Positions 37,489-46,679 of a stretch of DNA of 64,000 nt are shown here, in pieces; position 1 is the first letter of the stretch, and every line of letters begins with the position of its first letter. The translations under genes and the position numbers were made by a program. Source of the DNA: an uncultured Gemmatimonadales bacterium (GTDB taxonomy: Bacteria; Gemmatimonadota; Gemmatimonadetes; Longimicrobiales; RSA9). A model generated the notes under the pieces. The model saw nothing but the letters and a program-made list of their open reading frames with translations. It searched no databases and had not been told where the DNA came from. Location of the stretch: positions 480,001 through 544,000 of the forward strand of contig CAWFKH010000003.1 of assembly GCA_963816355.1 (NCBI GenBank), written 5' to 3'.

Positions 37489-39062
37489 CGCGACTCCCCG
37501 GTGGTGCGGAGAGGTTCGCCGACCGCGCTCTCGAGCTGGGCGAAGCTCTCGTGGAAGGTGTAGCGAGCCTGCAGATACGCTCGATCGGCGCGCGCCTTGA
37601 TCGTCTCGGCGTCGATGAGATCGACGAAGCTCGTCAGGCCGAGGCGGTAGCGCTCGCGCGCCAGCCCGAGCTGCTCGGCGGCGAGGTCGGCGTTGCGCTG
37701 CTCGAGGCCGACGGTCCGATACGCCGTCTGGAGCGTGTGCAGCGCCGTCGTCACGTCCGTGCGCAGCTTCAGCTCCGTCGCGCGCACGCGGTACGTCGCG
37801 TCGTCCGCGTCGGCGCGCGCCTGCTGGAGCTGACGCTCACGCGAGAACCCGTTGAAGATCGGCAGGGACAGCCGCGCCTGCAACGTCATCGGCTGCTGCG
37901 TGAAGTCGAACGGGAACACCTGGTTCTGGCTGCGGATCCGCGAGCGCTGCTCGTCGCTGAGCAACAGCGTCGAGCAATCCACCGGGAAGCCGGCCAGCGG
38001 AGAGGTGAGGCGGTCCGAGATCTGGTTGAAGATGCCGCAGCTCTCGAAGCTCGACTCGGCGCTCTGCTCCGCCTGCCGCACGAGCGCGTCGGTGCTGCCC
38101 GCCTGGCGCGTGTAGCCGGACCAGCCGACGGACATGCTCAGCGTCGGGAAATAGGCGCTCGCGGCAGCGCGGACCGTCGCGTCGCTCGCCTTGGCGGTGG
38201 AGCGGTCGGCGCGCAGCGTCGGATTGCGCGACATCGCGCGCTCGATCAGCTCCTGCGCCGTCCACGCCGGGTCGAAGACCTCGAACGTCGTGGTGAGATC
38301 GAACGCCTGGTCGAACGGTGCACCGAGCGTCTCCATGAGGCGCATCTTCGCGTTGTCGAGATCGCTCTGCGCGGTGATCAGGTCGACCTCCTTGCGCCCA
38401 CGCTCGACCTCGGCCTGCTTCGCCTCCAGCTCGATCACGTCGCCCACCTCGACGCGCGCCCTGGCGAGCTTCAGATTCTCTGTGGCGTCGTCGAGCTCCG
38501 CCTGCGCCAGCTTCACGGCGTCCTGCGCGAGGAGGACGCCGATGTACTGCACCTTGACCTGGCTGTCGAGGTCGGAGCCGGCGGCGGTCGCCCGCGCCTC
38601 CGTCGAACGCCGGCTCGCCTTCGCTTGCGCCAGGTCGAAGAAGGTGGAGCCGCCGATCTGATAGCTCAGGCCGAGCGAATAGTCGGAGTAGTAGTACGCC
38701 TGCTGCTGCAGCCCGAGGTCGGAGGCGCTGAAGATGCCGATCTGCGGATTGCCCTTCGCCTGGTACTGCATCCCCAGGCTCGCGTTCGCCGAGGGCAGCA
38801 GCCGGCCGTACGCGGCGCGCACGTCCCAATCGGCGGCGGACAGGTTGTTGCGCTGCTGCAGGAAGTTCGGGTTGTTCTGCCGGGCCAGCTCGATGGCGCG
38901 CTCGAGCGTGAGCTGCATCGGAGCGGGCTGTTGCTGCGCCGTCTGCGGTGCCTCCGCGGGCGTCTGCGCCACCGCTCCCGCTGGGGCCGCGAGGAGGAGC
39001 CCGCCGAGCAGCGCGGCGGCGGGCGTCGACCGCAGTGTGCGGCCCATCGTCGTCGATGACAC
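37485..39062 (-). CDS. TolC family outer-membrane protein (start uncertain, 39047-39095)
   Basis: Signal peptide, [31 protein letters not shown]. Confidence 0.9.
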   Translation of the reverse strand: MSSTTMGRTLRSTPAAALLGGLLLAAPAGAVAQTPAEAPQTAQQQPAPMQLTLERAIELARQNNPNFLQQRNNLSAADWDVRAAYGRLLPSANASLGMQYQAKGNPQIGIFSASDLGLQQQAYYYSDYSLGLSYQIGGSTFFDLAQAKASRRSTEARATAAGSDLDSQVKVQYIGVLLAQDAVKLAQAELDDATENLKLARARVEVGDVIELEAKQAEVERGRKEVDLITAQSDLDNAKMRLMETLGAPFDQAFDLTTTFEVFDPAWTAQELIERAMSRNPTLRADRSTAKASDATVRAAASAYFPTLSMSVGWSGYTRQAGSTDALVRQAEQSAESSFESCGIFNQISDRLTSPLAGFPVDCSTLLLSDEQRSRIRSQNQVFPFDFTQQPMTLQARLSLPIFNGFSRERQLQQARADADDATYRVRATELKLRTDVTTALHTLQTAYRTVGLEQRNADLAAEQLGLARERYRLGLTSFVDLIDAETIKARADRAYLQARYTFHESFAQLESAVGEPLRTTGESR

Positions 39063-39171
39063 TGAACTCCGCTCCTGGATTGTGGTGCCGATCACCGGTC
39101 GTTCTGCCGTACGCCCGGGGCGAGCCGTCGGTTTCAGGCGCCGGCCGCGGGCGAGAATGGGACCGGTTGCG

Positions 39172-39885
39172 TCAGGGCGCGCTGGTGCGCACCGCGGCGT
39201 ACTGGCGGGCCGGGATCTCGACCCGCAGGATGCGGCCCTGGTCGTCGACCCAGACGTCGCGCGCGTCCCCGCCGCGGAGGGTCACGACGAGGTGGCGCGC
39301 CGGCACGCGCTTTCCACCCACCTCGACGCTCTCCTGGCCCGCGCTGCTGAGCTGCGCCATGACCTGTCGATTCTCGCTCGGCACGAGCAGCGGCAGCGTG
39401 GTCGCGCCCGCCGCGGCGGCGCGCGCCACGAAGTAGTACTGGTGCGCCACGCCCTCGTCGACGACGACGGCGCCGTCGCCGGCGAGGTACTCGCGCATCT
39501 GCTCGCCCGAAGGAGAGACGATCTTGGCGCTGAAGCGGCCGCCGGCGAGCCGACCCGCGATCCGCTTCTCGCCGTCGCCCTCGATCTGGACCTGGTAGAC
39601 GGCGGGTCGCAGCTTCGCGCCCGTGAGCTCGAGCGAGGAGTTCACGGTCCGGTTGTCGAGCGTGACGCGGCCCTGCGCCACCACGACGGCGTCGCTGCCC
39701 GCTCCGCTCTCACGAATGGAGAAGGTTTCGCGCCCGACTTCGTGGCCGGCTACCATGATGCGGAAGGTGCCTTCGTCGAGGGTCTGGTTCTGGGCACGCG
39801 CCGCGGCGGGCACGGCCAGCGGCGCGGTCAGAATCAGCGCGGCGACCGTGGCGGGCGCGAAGACGTGGCGTGGCGTTCGTCGCAA
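39172..39885 (-). CDS. hypothetical secreted beta-rich protein
   Basis: GGAGG 5 nt before TTG 39885; signal peptide AAARAQ; GRETFSI...VWVDDQGRILRVEIP. Confidence 0.7.
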   Translation of the reverse strand: MRRTPRHVFAPATVAALILTAPLAVPAAARAQNQTLDEGTFRIMVAGHEVGRETFSIRESGAGSDAVVVAQGRVTLDNRTVNSSLELTGAKLRPAVYQVQIEGDGEKRIAGRLAGGRFSAKIVSPSGEQMREYLAGDGAVVVDEGVAHQYYFVARAAAAGATTLPLLVPSENRQVMAQLSSAGQESVEVGGKRVPARHLVVTLRGGDARDVWVDDQGRILRVEIPARQYAAVRTSAP

Positions 39886-40022
39886 ATTCACCTCCGGATC
39901 GGGGGTAGGCTCGTCTACCCCGCAGGCGGAAACAGGTGCCGCTCCGCGGGCGGGATGCGGGCGGCGGAGAAGCGGAAGGCGGTCGCTCCGGAGGCGGTCG
40001 GCCCACGTGGCGGCGGCCGAGC

Positions 40023-40772
40023 TCAAAGCGTATCGGTGTCGTCCGGGTCGGTCGTCAGGAACACGGCGCGGCGGATCCCGTCGTGGAGGCGGCCGTAGAT
40101 GCGCTCACCCTTTTCGGCGGAGGCGGCGCTGGGGAACCCGACGACGCCCGCGCCGCCGGCGGCGGGAGCAGGCATGCCGCCCTCGAGGTATCTGTGGAAT
40201 TCGGCGGGGTCGAGCTCGAAGTCGCGCGCGCGGTCCATCCGAACGAGTTCGGGGTAGAGGTGCAGCATGACGGAGGTCTCGGCCTCACCGGCGTGCTGAG
40301 GCCCCGGCTGGCGCTCGAGCAGGTCCGCGATGTCGACGTCCCAGGCCTCGACGACCCGGACGCGGGCGGCGTCCGTGATGAGGCCGGCGAGCGCCTCGAG
40401 GTGCGGCTCGTGCCGGTGCGCGGTGATCAGGATGAATTCGCGGAAACCATGCTCCTCCCAACACGCGAGAAGCTCGTTGAGGGCGCGGTGCAGCACCTTC
40501 TTGCCGAGCGAGGCGGTGCCCGCGAAGCCGCGGTCCGTCGGCACGTTCACGCCGTAATGGAAGGTCGGCGCCCGCAGGACGCGGAACTCCTCGGAGAGAT
40601 CGCCGGCGAGGCGTCTCGAGATGAGGACGTTGCTGCCGAGCGGCAGGTGCGGCCCGTGCTGCTCGAGCGCGCCGACCGGGATGATGAGGCGCGGATCGCG
40701 CGCCACGTGGGCCGCGACTTCGATCCAGCTCAGCTCGTCGAGACCGAGAAGGTTTCGTGACTCAGCGTTCAT
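40023..40772 (-). CDS. creatininase family protein
   Basis: IPVGALEQHGPHLP, FAGT, HAGEAETS, ASAEKG. Confidence 0.88.
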   Translation of the reverse strand: MNAESRNLLGLDELSWIEVAAHVARDPRLIIPVGALEQHGPHLPLGSNVLISRRLAGDLSEEFRVLRAPTFHYGVNVPTDRGFAGTASLGKKVLHRALNELLACWEEHGFREFILITAHRHEPHLEALAGLITDAARVRVVEAWDVDIADLLERQPGPQHAGEAETSVMLHLYPELVRMDRARDFELDPAEFHRYLEGGMPAPAAGGAGVVGFPSAASAEKGERIYGRLHDGIRRAVFLTTDPDDTDTL

Positions 40773-43700
40773 GGTGGCGGCGCAGGGACTGGGTGGCGAT
40801 CGCGGCGCTCGCCGCCGCGGTTCTGCTCGCGTTGCTGTGGACGCGCACGCTCTCCGGCGGCTACCTGGCGGGCGCGGTCGTCGGCCTCGCCGCCGGCGCG
40901 GTCGCTCTGGCGCAAGCCCCGCGCCGGCTGTTGCTCGCCGCCTTCCTGACGACCACGGTCGGCGTGGCGTCGGCCGCGTGGACGGAGCTGCGGCTCGACC
41001 GCATCCGCGGCGACTGGACCGGCTACGCCGCCGCGCAGGCGGTGCGGCTTCGCGCCGACCTCGACCGCCGCATGGCGAGGGTGTTCCGCGACGGCGACGC
41101 CGCCGCGGAGCGCGCCGCCCGCGTCGCCCGACGCGTCGACGGCGCGGCGCTCTTCTCCTCACTGGAGGGGATCCGCGCCGACGCCGGCGTCGCCGCGGTG
41201 GCCGTCTTCGACGGGAGCGGTCAGCTCACCGCGTGGGCGGGCGAGCATCGCGGCGTCCTGCCGGAGCAGGCGCGCATCCCGGAGCGAACCGTCACCTACG
41301 CGGAGCGGCCGCTCTTCAGCTATCTATACCTCTCCGCGCCGATCGAGGACAGTGGCGGCAACGCGGTGGTCATCGTGCTGCTGCAGACCGGACCGCCGCT
41401 CGGGCCCGGGCGCGCAGGCGGCGTCGCGTCGCGCTTCGCGGCGGCCGCCGGCGCGACGCTGCGCTTCGCCTCCGGCGGTGGCGCCGGCGCCGACTGGCGC
41501 TATCCCGCCACCGGGGAGGCGGAGTTCCACGCGGAGATCGAGCCGCCCACGCAGGCGGCCGTGCTCGACCGCGTCGGCACGCTCGGACGACGGGCGGTGG
41601 TCGCGCTGCTCGCGCTCGCGTTCGCGCTGCTCGTCGCCGCGTGGAGCCGCATCGGCGAGGGCCGCAGGCGCCGTTTCGCCGCGCCGCTGCTCGGCGCCGC
41701 CGTCTTCCTCGTCGCGGCGCCGCTGGGCGCCGTGCTCCCCGTGCCTACGCTCTTCTCGCCGGGGCTGTTCCTGCTGCCGACGCCGGGCGAGATCACGCTC
41801 GGGCCGCTGCTGCTCGTGCTCCTTCCCGCGACGGCGCTGGTCAGTCTGCTGCGCGCGCCGCCGCTGCCGCGGCGCGCCTTCCGCGTCGCGCTGGCGCTCG
41901 GCGCCGCCTACGTCGCGGCCGCATTCGCGCTCGTGCTGCGCGCGGTTCTCGCCGGCGCGGGTCCCACGCTGCTGGAGGGGGATGCGTTCCTCTGGTGGGG
42001 TCTGCAGCCGGCGACGATGCTGCTCCTCACCGCGCTCGCCGCGTTCGCGTTCCCGCGTGAGCGTCGCGAAGCCGCCGCCGCGAGCGCGGGCGACGACGCG
42101 GGGCACGACGCGGGGGAAGGCCTGGGGGACGACGCGGGCGGCGGTGCGGCGTCCGGCGAGCCGTGGGAGGGCGAGGAAGGGCGGTCGAGCGGCGGTGCGC
42201 GGGCAGGCGCCGCACCGGCGGGCCGGGCGCCGTCGAGCTGGCCGCTGCTCGCCGCGGGGGCGTTCCTCGGCGCGCTCCTCGCCGGTGGGCTGACGGCGTA
42301 CTGGCTGCGCCACGTGCCGCCTCGCCGCGCCGACGCGTGGCCGGTCGGCGCCGCGGCCCTGTGGTCGTTGCCGTTCCTCCTGATGGCGGTGGGGCTCGGC
42401 CGCCGCGGCGCCACGGGCGGGCGGCTGCTGCGGACGCTGTGCGCCGGCTGGCTCGCCGTCACGTTCGCGCTGCCGAACCTGTGGGCGGCGCACGAAGGGG
42501 CGCGCATCGCGGCCGCCGAGCGCTCGCTCGCCACGCTGGGCAGCCGCGCCGACCCGTACGCGTCCTATCTGCTGAACCGCTTCGCGACCGATCTCCGCGA
42601 GCGCGAGGCGCGCGGCGACGCGGGCCTCGACCTGGTCTTCCGCGCGTGGGTCGCGAGCGGCCTCGCCCAGGGCGGCTACCCGGTCCAGATCATCCTGTGG
42701 GACAGCGCGGCGCATCCCACGGCCGCCCTGCACCTCGCGGGCGCGCCCGATCCAGAGCCGCTCGAGCCGGCCACCGCCAGCGCGCTGCGTTCGCTGCTGC
42801 GCCGCGCGTCGGCGGCGTCGCTTACGATCCTGGACGCGGAGCCGCCGATTCCGGCGGCGAACCAGGCGCTCGCGGTGCCGTTCCGCGATGGCGGCGGCGT
42901 CACGGTCCTGCTGCCGCCGCGCCGCGCGCTCGACTATCCGCCGGCGCTGCTCAGCTTCCTCGGCGCGCCGCCGCCGAGCGGCACCCGTCTCTCGCTCATC
43001 CCATCGGCGGCGGCGGGGGCCGCGGCGCCGGCGCGTCGCGACATCTCGTGGAGGCTGACGGATCGCGGCTGGCGCAGCGAAGCGACCGTCGTCTATCCGG
43101 ACGGACCCTATCACGCGCACCTCGACCTGCGCGTGCCGCCGCGCGTAGTGCTGCTCGCGCGCGGCGCCCTCCTCGCCGCGCTGCTTCTCGCGTTGTTGAC
43201 CGTGCTGTGGGGCGTCGCGCGCGCGGTGGAAGGGGGCCTGCACAGGCCGGGGAGGGGGTGGCTGGCGTGGCTGGGCAGCTTCCGCGCGCGCGTGAGTCTC
43301 TCGCTCTTCGCGTTCTTTTTGTTGCCCACGATCGCTTTCGGCGCGTTCGCCTACCGCGTGCTCGCCGGCGAGGCGGTCCGCTCGGCGACGCTGCTGGGCG
43401 AACACGCCGTCGACGAAGCCGCGCGCGCGTTCCCCGCCTCGAGCTACCTCGTCCGTATCGGCGACCGCGTCGGCGAGGAGGTGCTCTACTACTTCCGCGG
43501 CGAGCTGGCGCAGGCTTCCTCACCGGAGGCGGTGCAGCTCGGCCTCTACGGCGCGTGGATGCCGCCGCGCGTCTACCTCGCCCTCAACACGGGCGAGCAG
43601 GTCACCGCCTCGGACGCGCGCGAGGTGTACCAGACGCCCTACGTCGTCTCCTTCCGCGCGCTGCGGCCCGCCGGCACCCTCGCCGTCCCGGTCTCGCTCT

Positions 43701-44722
43701 CGACCGGCGACGCGGTCGCGCGCCAGATGGAGCTGATGCACCTCGCGCTCTTCGCGGCGCTCGTCGGCGGCATCCTCTCCTTCGCCCTCTCGCTCTACGT
43801 CGCGCGCGCGCTCGCGCGGCCGATCGGAAGGCTGCGGCGCGCCGCGGCCGCCGTGGGCGCCGGCCACCTCGAGGTGCGCCTGCCCGCGCTGCGGCGCGAC
43901 GAGTTCGGCGAGCTGTTCTCGTCCTTCAACCGCATGGTGCGACGGCTGCGCGAGGCGCGTTCGCGTGAGGTGCGTACCGCCCGCATCCTGGCGTGGGGCG
44001 AGATGGCGCGGCAGGTCGCACACGAGATCAAGAACCCGCTCACGCCGATCAAGCTCTCGGTGCAGCACCTCCGCCGCGTCTACGCCGACGGCAGGGCCGA
44101 CTTCGGCCGCATCCTCGAAACGAACGTCGAGCAGATCCTGGGCGAGATCGACCGCCTGGGCGAGATCGCGCGCGCCTTCTCCCGCTACGGCGTTCCGCCC
44201 GAGTCCGCGGGGCCGCTACAGCGCGTCGACGTCGCCGGCGCGGTGCGCGAGGTGCTCACGCTCTACCGTGCGGGCGACACCCGCATCCGGTACGCGGAGG
44301 AGGTCGAGTCGGATCTGCCGGAGGCATGGGCGCGCGCCGGCGAGCTGAAGGAGGTCCTGGGAAACCTGCTCGAGAACGCGCGTTCCGCGGTGGGCGAGGA
44401 GGGCTCGATCGCGGTGGCCGCCGAACACGAGGACGGCCGCCTCGAGCTCCGCGTGGACGACGACGGCAGCGGTATCCCGTCCGAGTTGCTGCCGCGCGTC
44501 TTCGAGCCTCACTTCTCGACGCGCACGGCGGGGACCGGGCTCGGTCTGGCGATCGTGCGGCGTCTGGTGGAGAGTTGGGGCGGCGAGGTGGAGGTCGAGA
44601 GCGAGCCGGGCCGTGGCACCACCGTCCGCGTACGCATGCGCGTCGCGGACGGTGATGCCGCCGTGGACCGGGAGCGGGGCGGAAACGGCGGCCCCGCCGG
44701 CGGCTATTCGGAGGCCCGGTAG
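40757..44722 (+). CDS. large multi-TM sensor histidine kinase, NtrY-like (HAMP-HisKA-HATPase)
   Basis: DEFGELFSSFNRM, AWGEMARQVAHEIKNPLTPI, NLLENA, DDGSG, GTGLGL. Confidence 0.9.
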   Translation: MTQRSWWRRRDWVAIAALAAAVLLALLWTRTLSGGYLAGAVVGLAAGAVALAQAPRRLLLAAFLTTTVGVASAAWTELRLDRIRGDWTGYAAAQAVRLRADLDRRMARVFRDGDAAAERAARVARRVDGAALFSSLEGIRADAGVAAVAVFDGSGQLTAWAGEHRGVLPEQARIPERTVTYAERPLFSYLYLSAPIEDSGGNAVVIVLLQTGPPLGPGRAGGVASRFAAAAGATLRFASGGGAGADWRYPATGEAEFHAEIEPPTQAAVLDRVGTLGRRAVVALLALAFALLVAAWSRIGEGRRRRFAAPLLGAAVFLVAAPLGAVLPVPTLFSPGLFLLPTPGEITLGPLLLVLLPATALVSLLRAPPLPRRAFRVALALGAAYVAAAFALVLRAVLAGAGPTLLEGDAFLWWGLQPATMLLLTALAAFAFPRERREAAAASAGDDAGHDAGEGLGDDAGGGAASGEPWEGEEGRSSGGARAGAAPAGRAPSSWPLLAAGAFLGALLAGGLTAYWLRHVPPRRADAWPVGAAALWSLPFLLMAVGLGRRGATGGRLLRTLCAGWLAVTFALPNLWAAHEGARIAAAERSLATLGSRADPYASYLLNRFATDLREREARGDAGLDLVFRAWVASGLAQGGYPVQIILWDSAAHPTAALHLAGAPDPEPLEPATASALRSLLRRASAASLTILDAEPPIPAANQALAVPFRDGGGVTVLLPPRRALDYPPALLSFLGAPPPSGTRLSLIPSAAAGAAAPARRDISWRLTDRGWRSEATVVYPDGPYHAHLDLRVPPRVVLLARGALLAALLLALLTVLWGVARAVEGGLHRPGRGWLAWLGSFRARVSLSLFAFFLLPTIAFGAFAYRVLAGEAVRSATLLGEHAVDEAARAFPASSYLVRIGDRVGEEVLYYFRGELAQASSPEAVQLGLYGAWMPPRVYLALNTGEQVTASDAREVYQTPYVVSFRALRPAGTLAVPVSLSTGDAVARQMELMHLALFAALVGGILSFALSLYVARALARPIGRLRRAAAAVGAGHLEVRLPALRRDEFGELFSSFNRMVRRLREARSREVRTARILAWGEMARQVAHEIKNPLTPIKLSVQHLRRVYADGRADFGRILETNVEQILGEIDRLGEIARAFSRYGVPPESAGPLQRVDVAGAVREVLTLYRAGDTRIRYAEEVESDLPEAWARAGELKEVLGNLLENARSAVGEEGSIAVAAEHEDGRLELRVDDDGSGIPSELLPRVFEPHFSTRTAGTGLGLAIVRRLVESWGGEVEVESEPGRGTTVRVRMRVADGDAAVDRERGGNGGPAGGYSEAR
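42089..42136 (+). repeat. degenerate in-frame 12-bp tandem repeat (GDDA-GHDA-GEGL-GDDA) in the kinase
   Basis: GGCGACGACGCG / GGGCACGACGCG / GGGGAAGGCCTG / GGGGACGACGCG. Confidence 0.6.
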
Positions 44723-46224
44723 GTCACGAGCTGGGGCTGGTCGCTGCCCGGAGCGATGACGACGAGCTGCACGGGCTGGCCCGCGTCGAGGCCGGCGGAG
44801 ATCCGGTCGACGTCGCTCGCCGAACCGACCTGCTGCCCGTTGATCGAGAGCACGATCGTGCCGCGCGTGATGCGCTGCGCGGCGGGTCCGAAGCGGGCGA
44901 CGTCGCTGACCACCGCGCCGCTCGTCCGGTCGACGCCGAGCTGCCGCGCGATCGCCGGTGTCAGGTCCTGCGCCTCGAAGCCGAGCAGGTCACGCCCGCG
45001 CTGCGGCTTCTCGGCGACCTGCTCGCGCGTCTTCGGCTGCTCGAACTGCCCCAGCTTCACGCTCAACTGCTGGGGCTTGCCGCCGCGATACACGGTGAGG
45101 CTCACCGAGCTTCCCGGCTGCATTCGGGCGAGACGCGCGATCAGGTCCGGCGAGGACTGGATCGGCTCGCCGTTCAGCGCCGTGATCACATCGCCCATCT
45201 TGACACCGGCGCGGTCCGCGGGCGTGTTCGGCTGCACCTGCGTCACCAGCGCGCCCTCCACCTTCGGCAGGTGGTACAGCTCGGCCTCTACGTCGCTCAC
45301 CGGTCCGATCAGCACGCCGAGCTGCGGCCGCCGCACCGTGCCGTACTTGATCAGGTCCTGGGCGACCTTCTGCGCCAGGTCGATCGGGATCGCGAAGCCG
45401 TAGCCGACGTTGAACCCGGTCTCCGACTCGATCGCGCTGTTGATCCCCACGACCTCACCCATCAGGTTCACGAGCGGTCCACCCGAGTTGCCCGGATTGA
45501 TCGCCGCGTCGGTCTGGATGTAGGACTCGATCGTGGCGTTGTTCTGCTGCCGCTGCGCCAGGATCCCCAGGTTCCGCCCCTTCGCGCTGACGATGCCCGC
45601 CGTCACGGTGAACTGCAGACCGAGCGGATTGCCCAGCGCCAGCACCCAGTCGCCCACCTTGAGCTGGTCGCTGTCGCCGAAGCGCACCGACTGGAGCTGC
45701 ACTCCCTGCGGCGGCTCGATCTTGATCACCGCCACGTCCGAGTTCGGATCCGTGCCCACGACCGTAGCGTCGTACTCGCGCCCGTTGACCGTCGTGACCT
45801 TCACCTTCTGTGCGTCCGCGACGACGTGGTTGTTCGTGAGGATGTAGCCCCGCGAATCGAAGATGAACCCGGACCCCGACCCGCGCACCGGCGGCAGCTC
45901 CTGCTGCTGCTGCGGGTCGAAGAACGGGATCGCCTGGTGCTGCTGCCGCAGCCGCTGCATCGCCACGTCCGGCCTCTCCTCCACCTGCACGTAGACGACG
46001 GACGAAAGCGCCCGCGCGGCAGCGTTGCGGAACGTGGTCGACAGCGCCGCCGCCGTCGCCGTGTCGATCGCGGCGGTGGGATGGGCGCCGAGCTGATCCT
46101 GAACGCTCGATCGCGCGGGCTGCGTCTCCTGTGCCAGCGCCGCGTGTTCGCTGCCGCCGCACGCCGCCAGCAGCAGCAAGCCGGCGACCATGCTCCTTCT
46201 CGCCGCAAGTACCATGATGGACAT
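44704..46224 (-). CDS. degP: HtrA/DegP-like serine protease with two PDZ domains, lipoprotein-like signal
   Basis: GSGSGF, TNNHVV, DVAVI, IQTDAAINPGNSGGPL; LLLAAC lipobox. Confidence 0.92.
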   Translation of the reverse strand: MSIMVLAARRSMVAGLLLLAACGGSEHAALAQETQPARSSVQDQLGAHPTAAIDTATAAALSTTFRNAAARALSSVVYVQVEERPDVAMQRLRQQHQAIPFFDPQQQQELPPVRGSGSGFIFDSRGYILTNNHVVADAQKVKVTTVNGREYDATVVGTDPNSDVAVIKIEPPQGVQLQSVRFGDSDQLKVGDWVLALGNPLGLQFTVTAGIVSAKGRNLGILAQRQQNNATIESYIQTDAAINPGNSGGPLVNLMGEVVGINSAIESETGFNVGYGFAIPIDLAQKVAQDLIKYGTVRRPQLGVLIGPVSDVEAELYHLPKVEGALVTQVQPNTPADRAGVKMGDVITALNGEPIQSSPDLIARLARMQPGSSVSLTVYRGGKPQQLSVKLGQFEQPKTREQVAEKPQRGRDLLGFEAQDLTPAIARQLGVDRTSGAVVSDVARFGPAAQRITRGTIVLSINGQQVGSASDVDRISAGLDAGQPVQLVVIAPGSDQPQLVTYRASE

Positions 46225-46679
46225 CTCTTCCTCTCCGGATCTCCTGAACCCTCTCGCCATCGGGGCCATCCAACTGCGAGCCCCCGACCGCCCCTCGGAC
46301 CCCGGTCGCGAGCGTCTGCGTTGCCGCGCCGACGGACCTCGGGACGGATCGAGCCGGCTCTTCGTATCCGCCGGGTCCGCACCTTGTTCCACGAGCGCGG
46401 GTCCGCGGAGCGGCAAGCGCTGTGAAGGCACCGCACGATCAGGGCCGGCGCCCGGCGCCGTGGCCGGTGGTCCGTCCGGGCCACCGCGGCGTCGCGGCCG
46501 CGCCCATCACGCCATGGCATCGCCCCGCCCCGCCCGCCATATCCCTGCCCGTCACGGCGACGATCCTCGCCCGCCGCGACGCGTGCCCCGCGCCGTCGTC
46601 GCGCGCCGCCGGCCGGCGCCGTGTCGGTCCCGGCGCGGCGCGCGAGCGCTCGTGCGAACCTCGAAGATCGGAACGGCGG

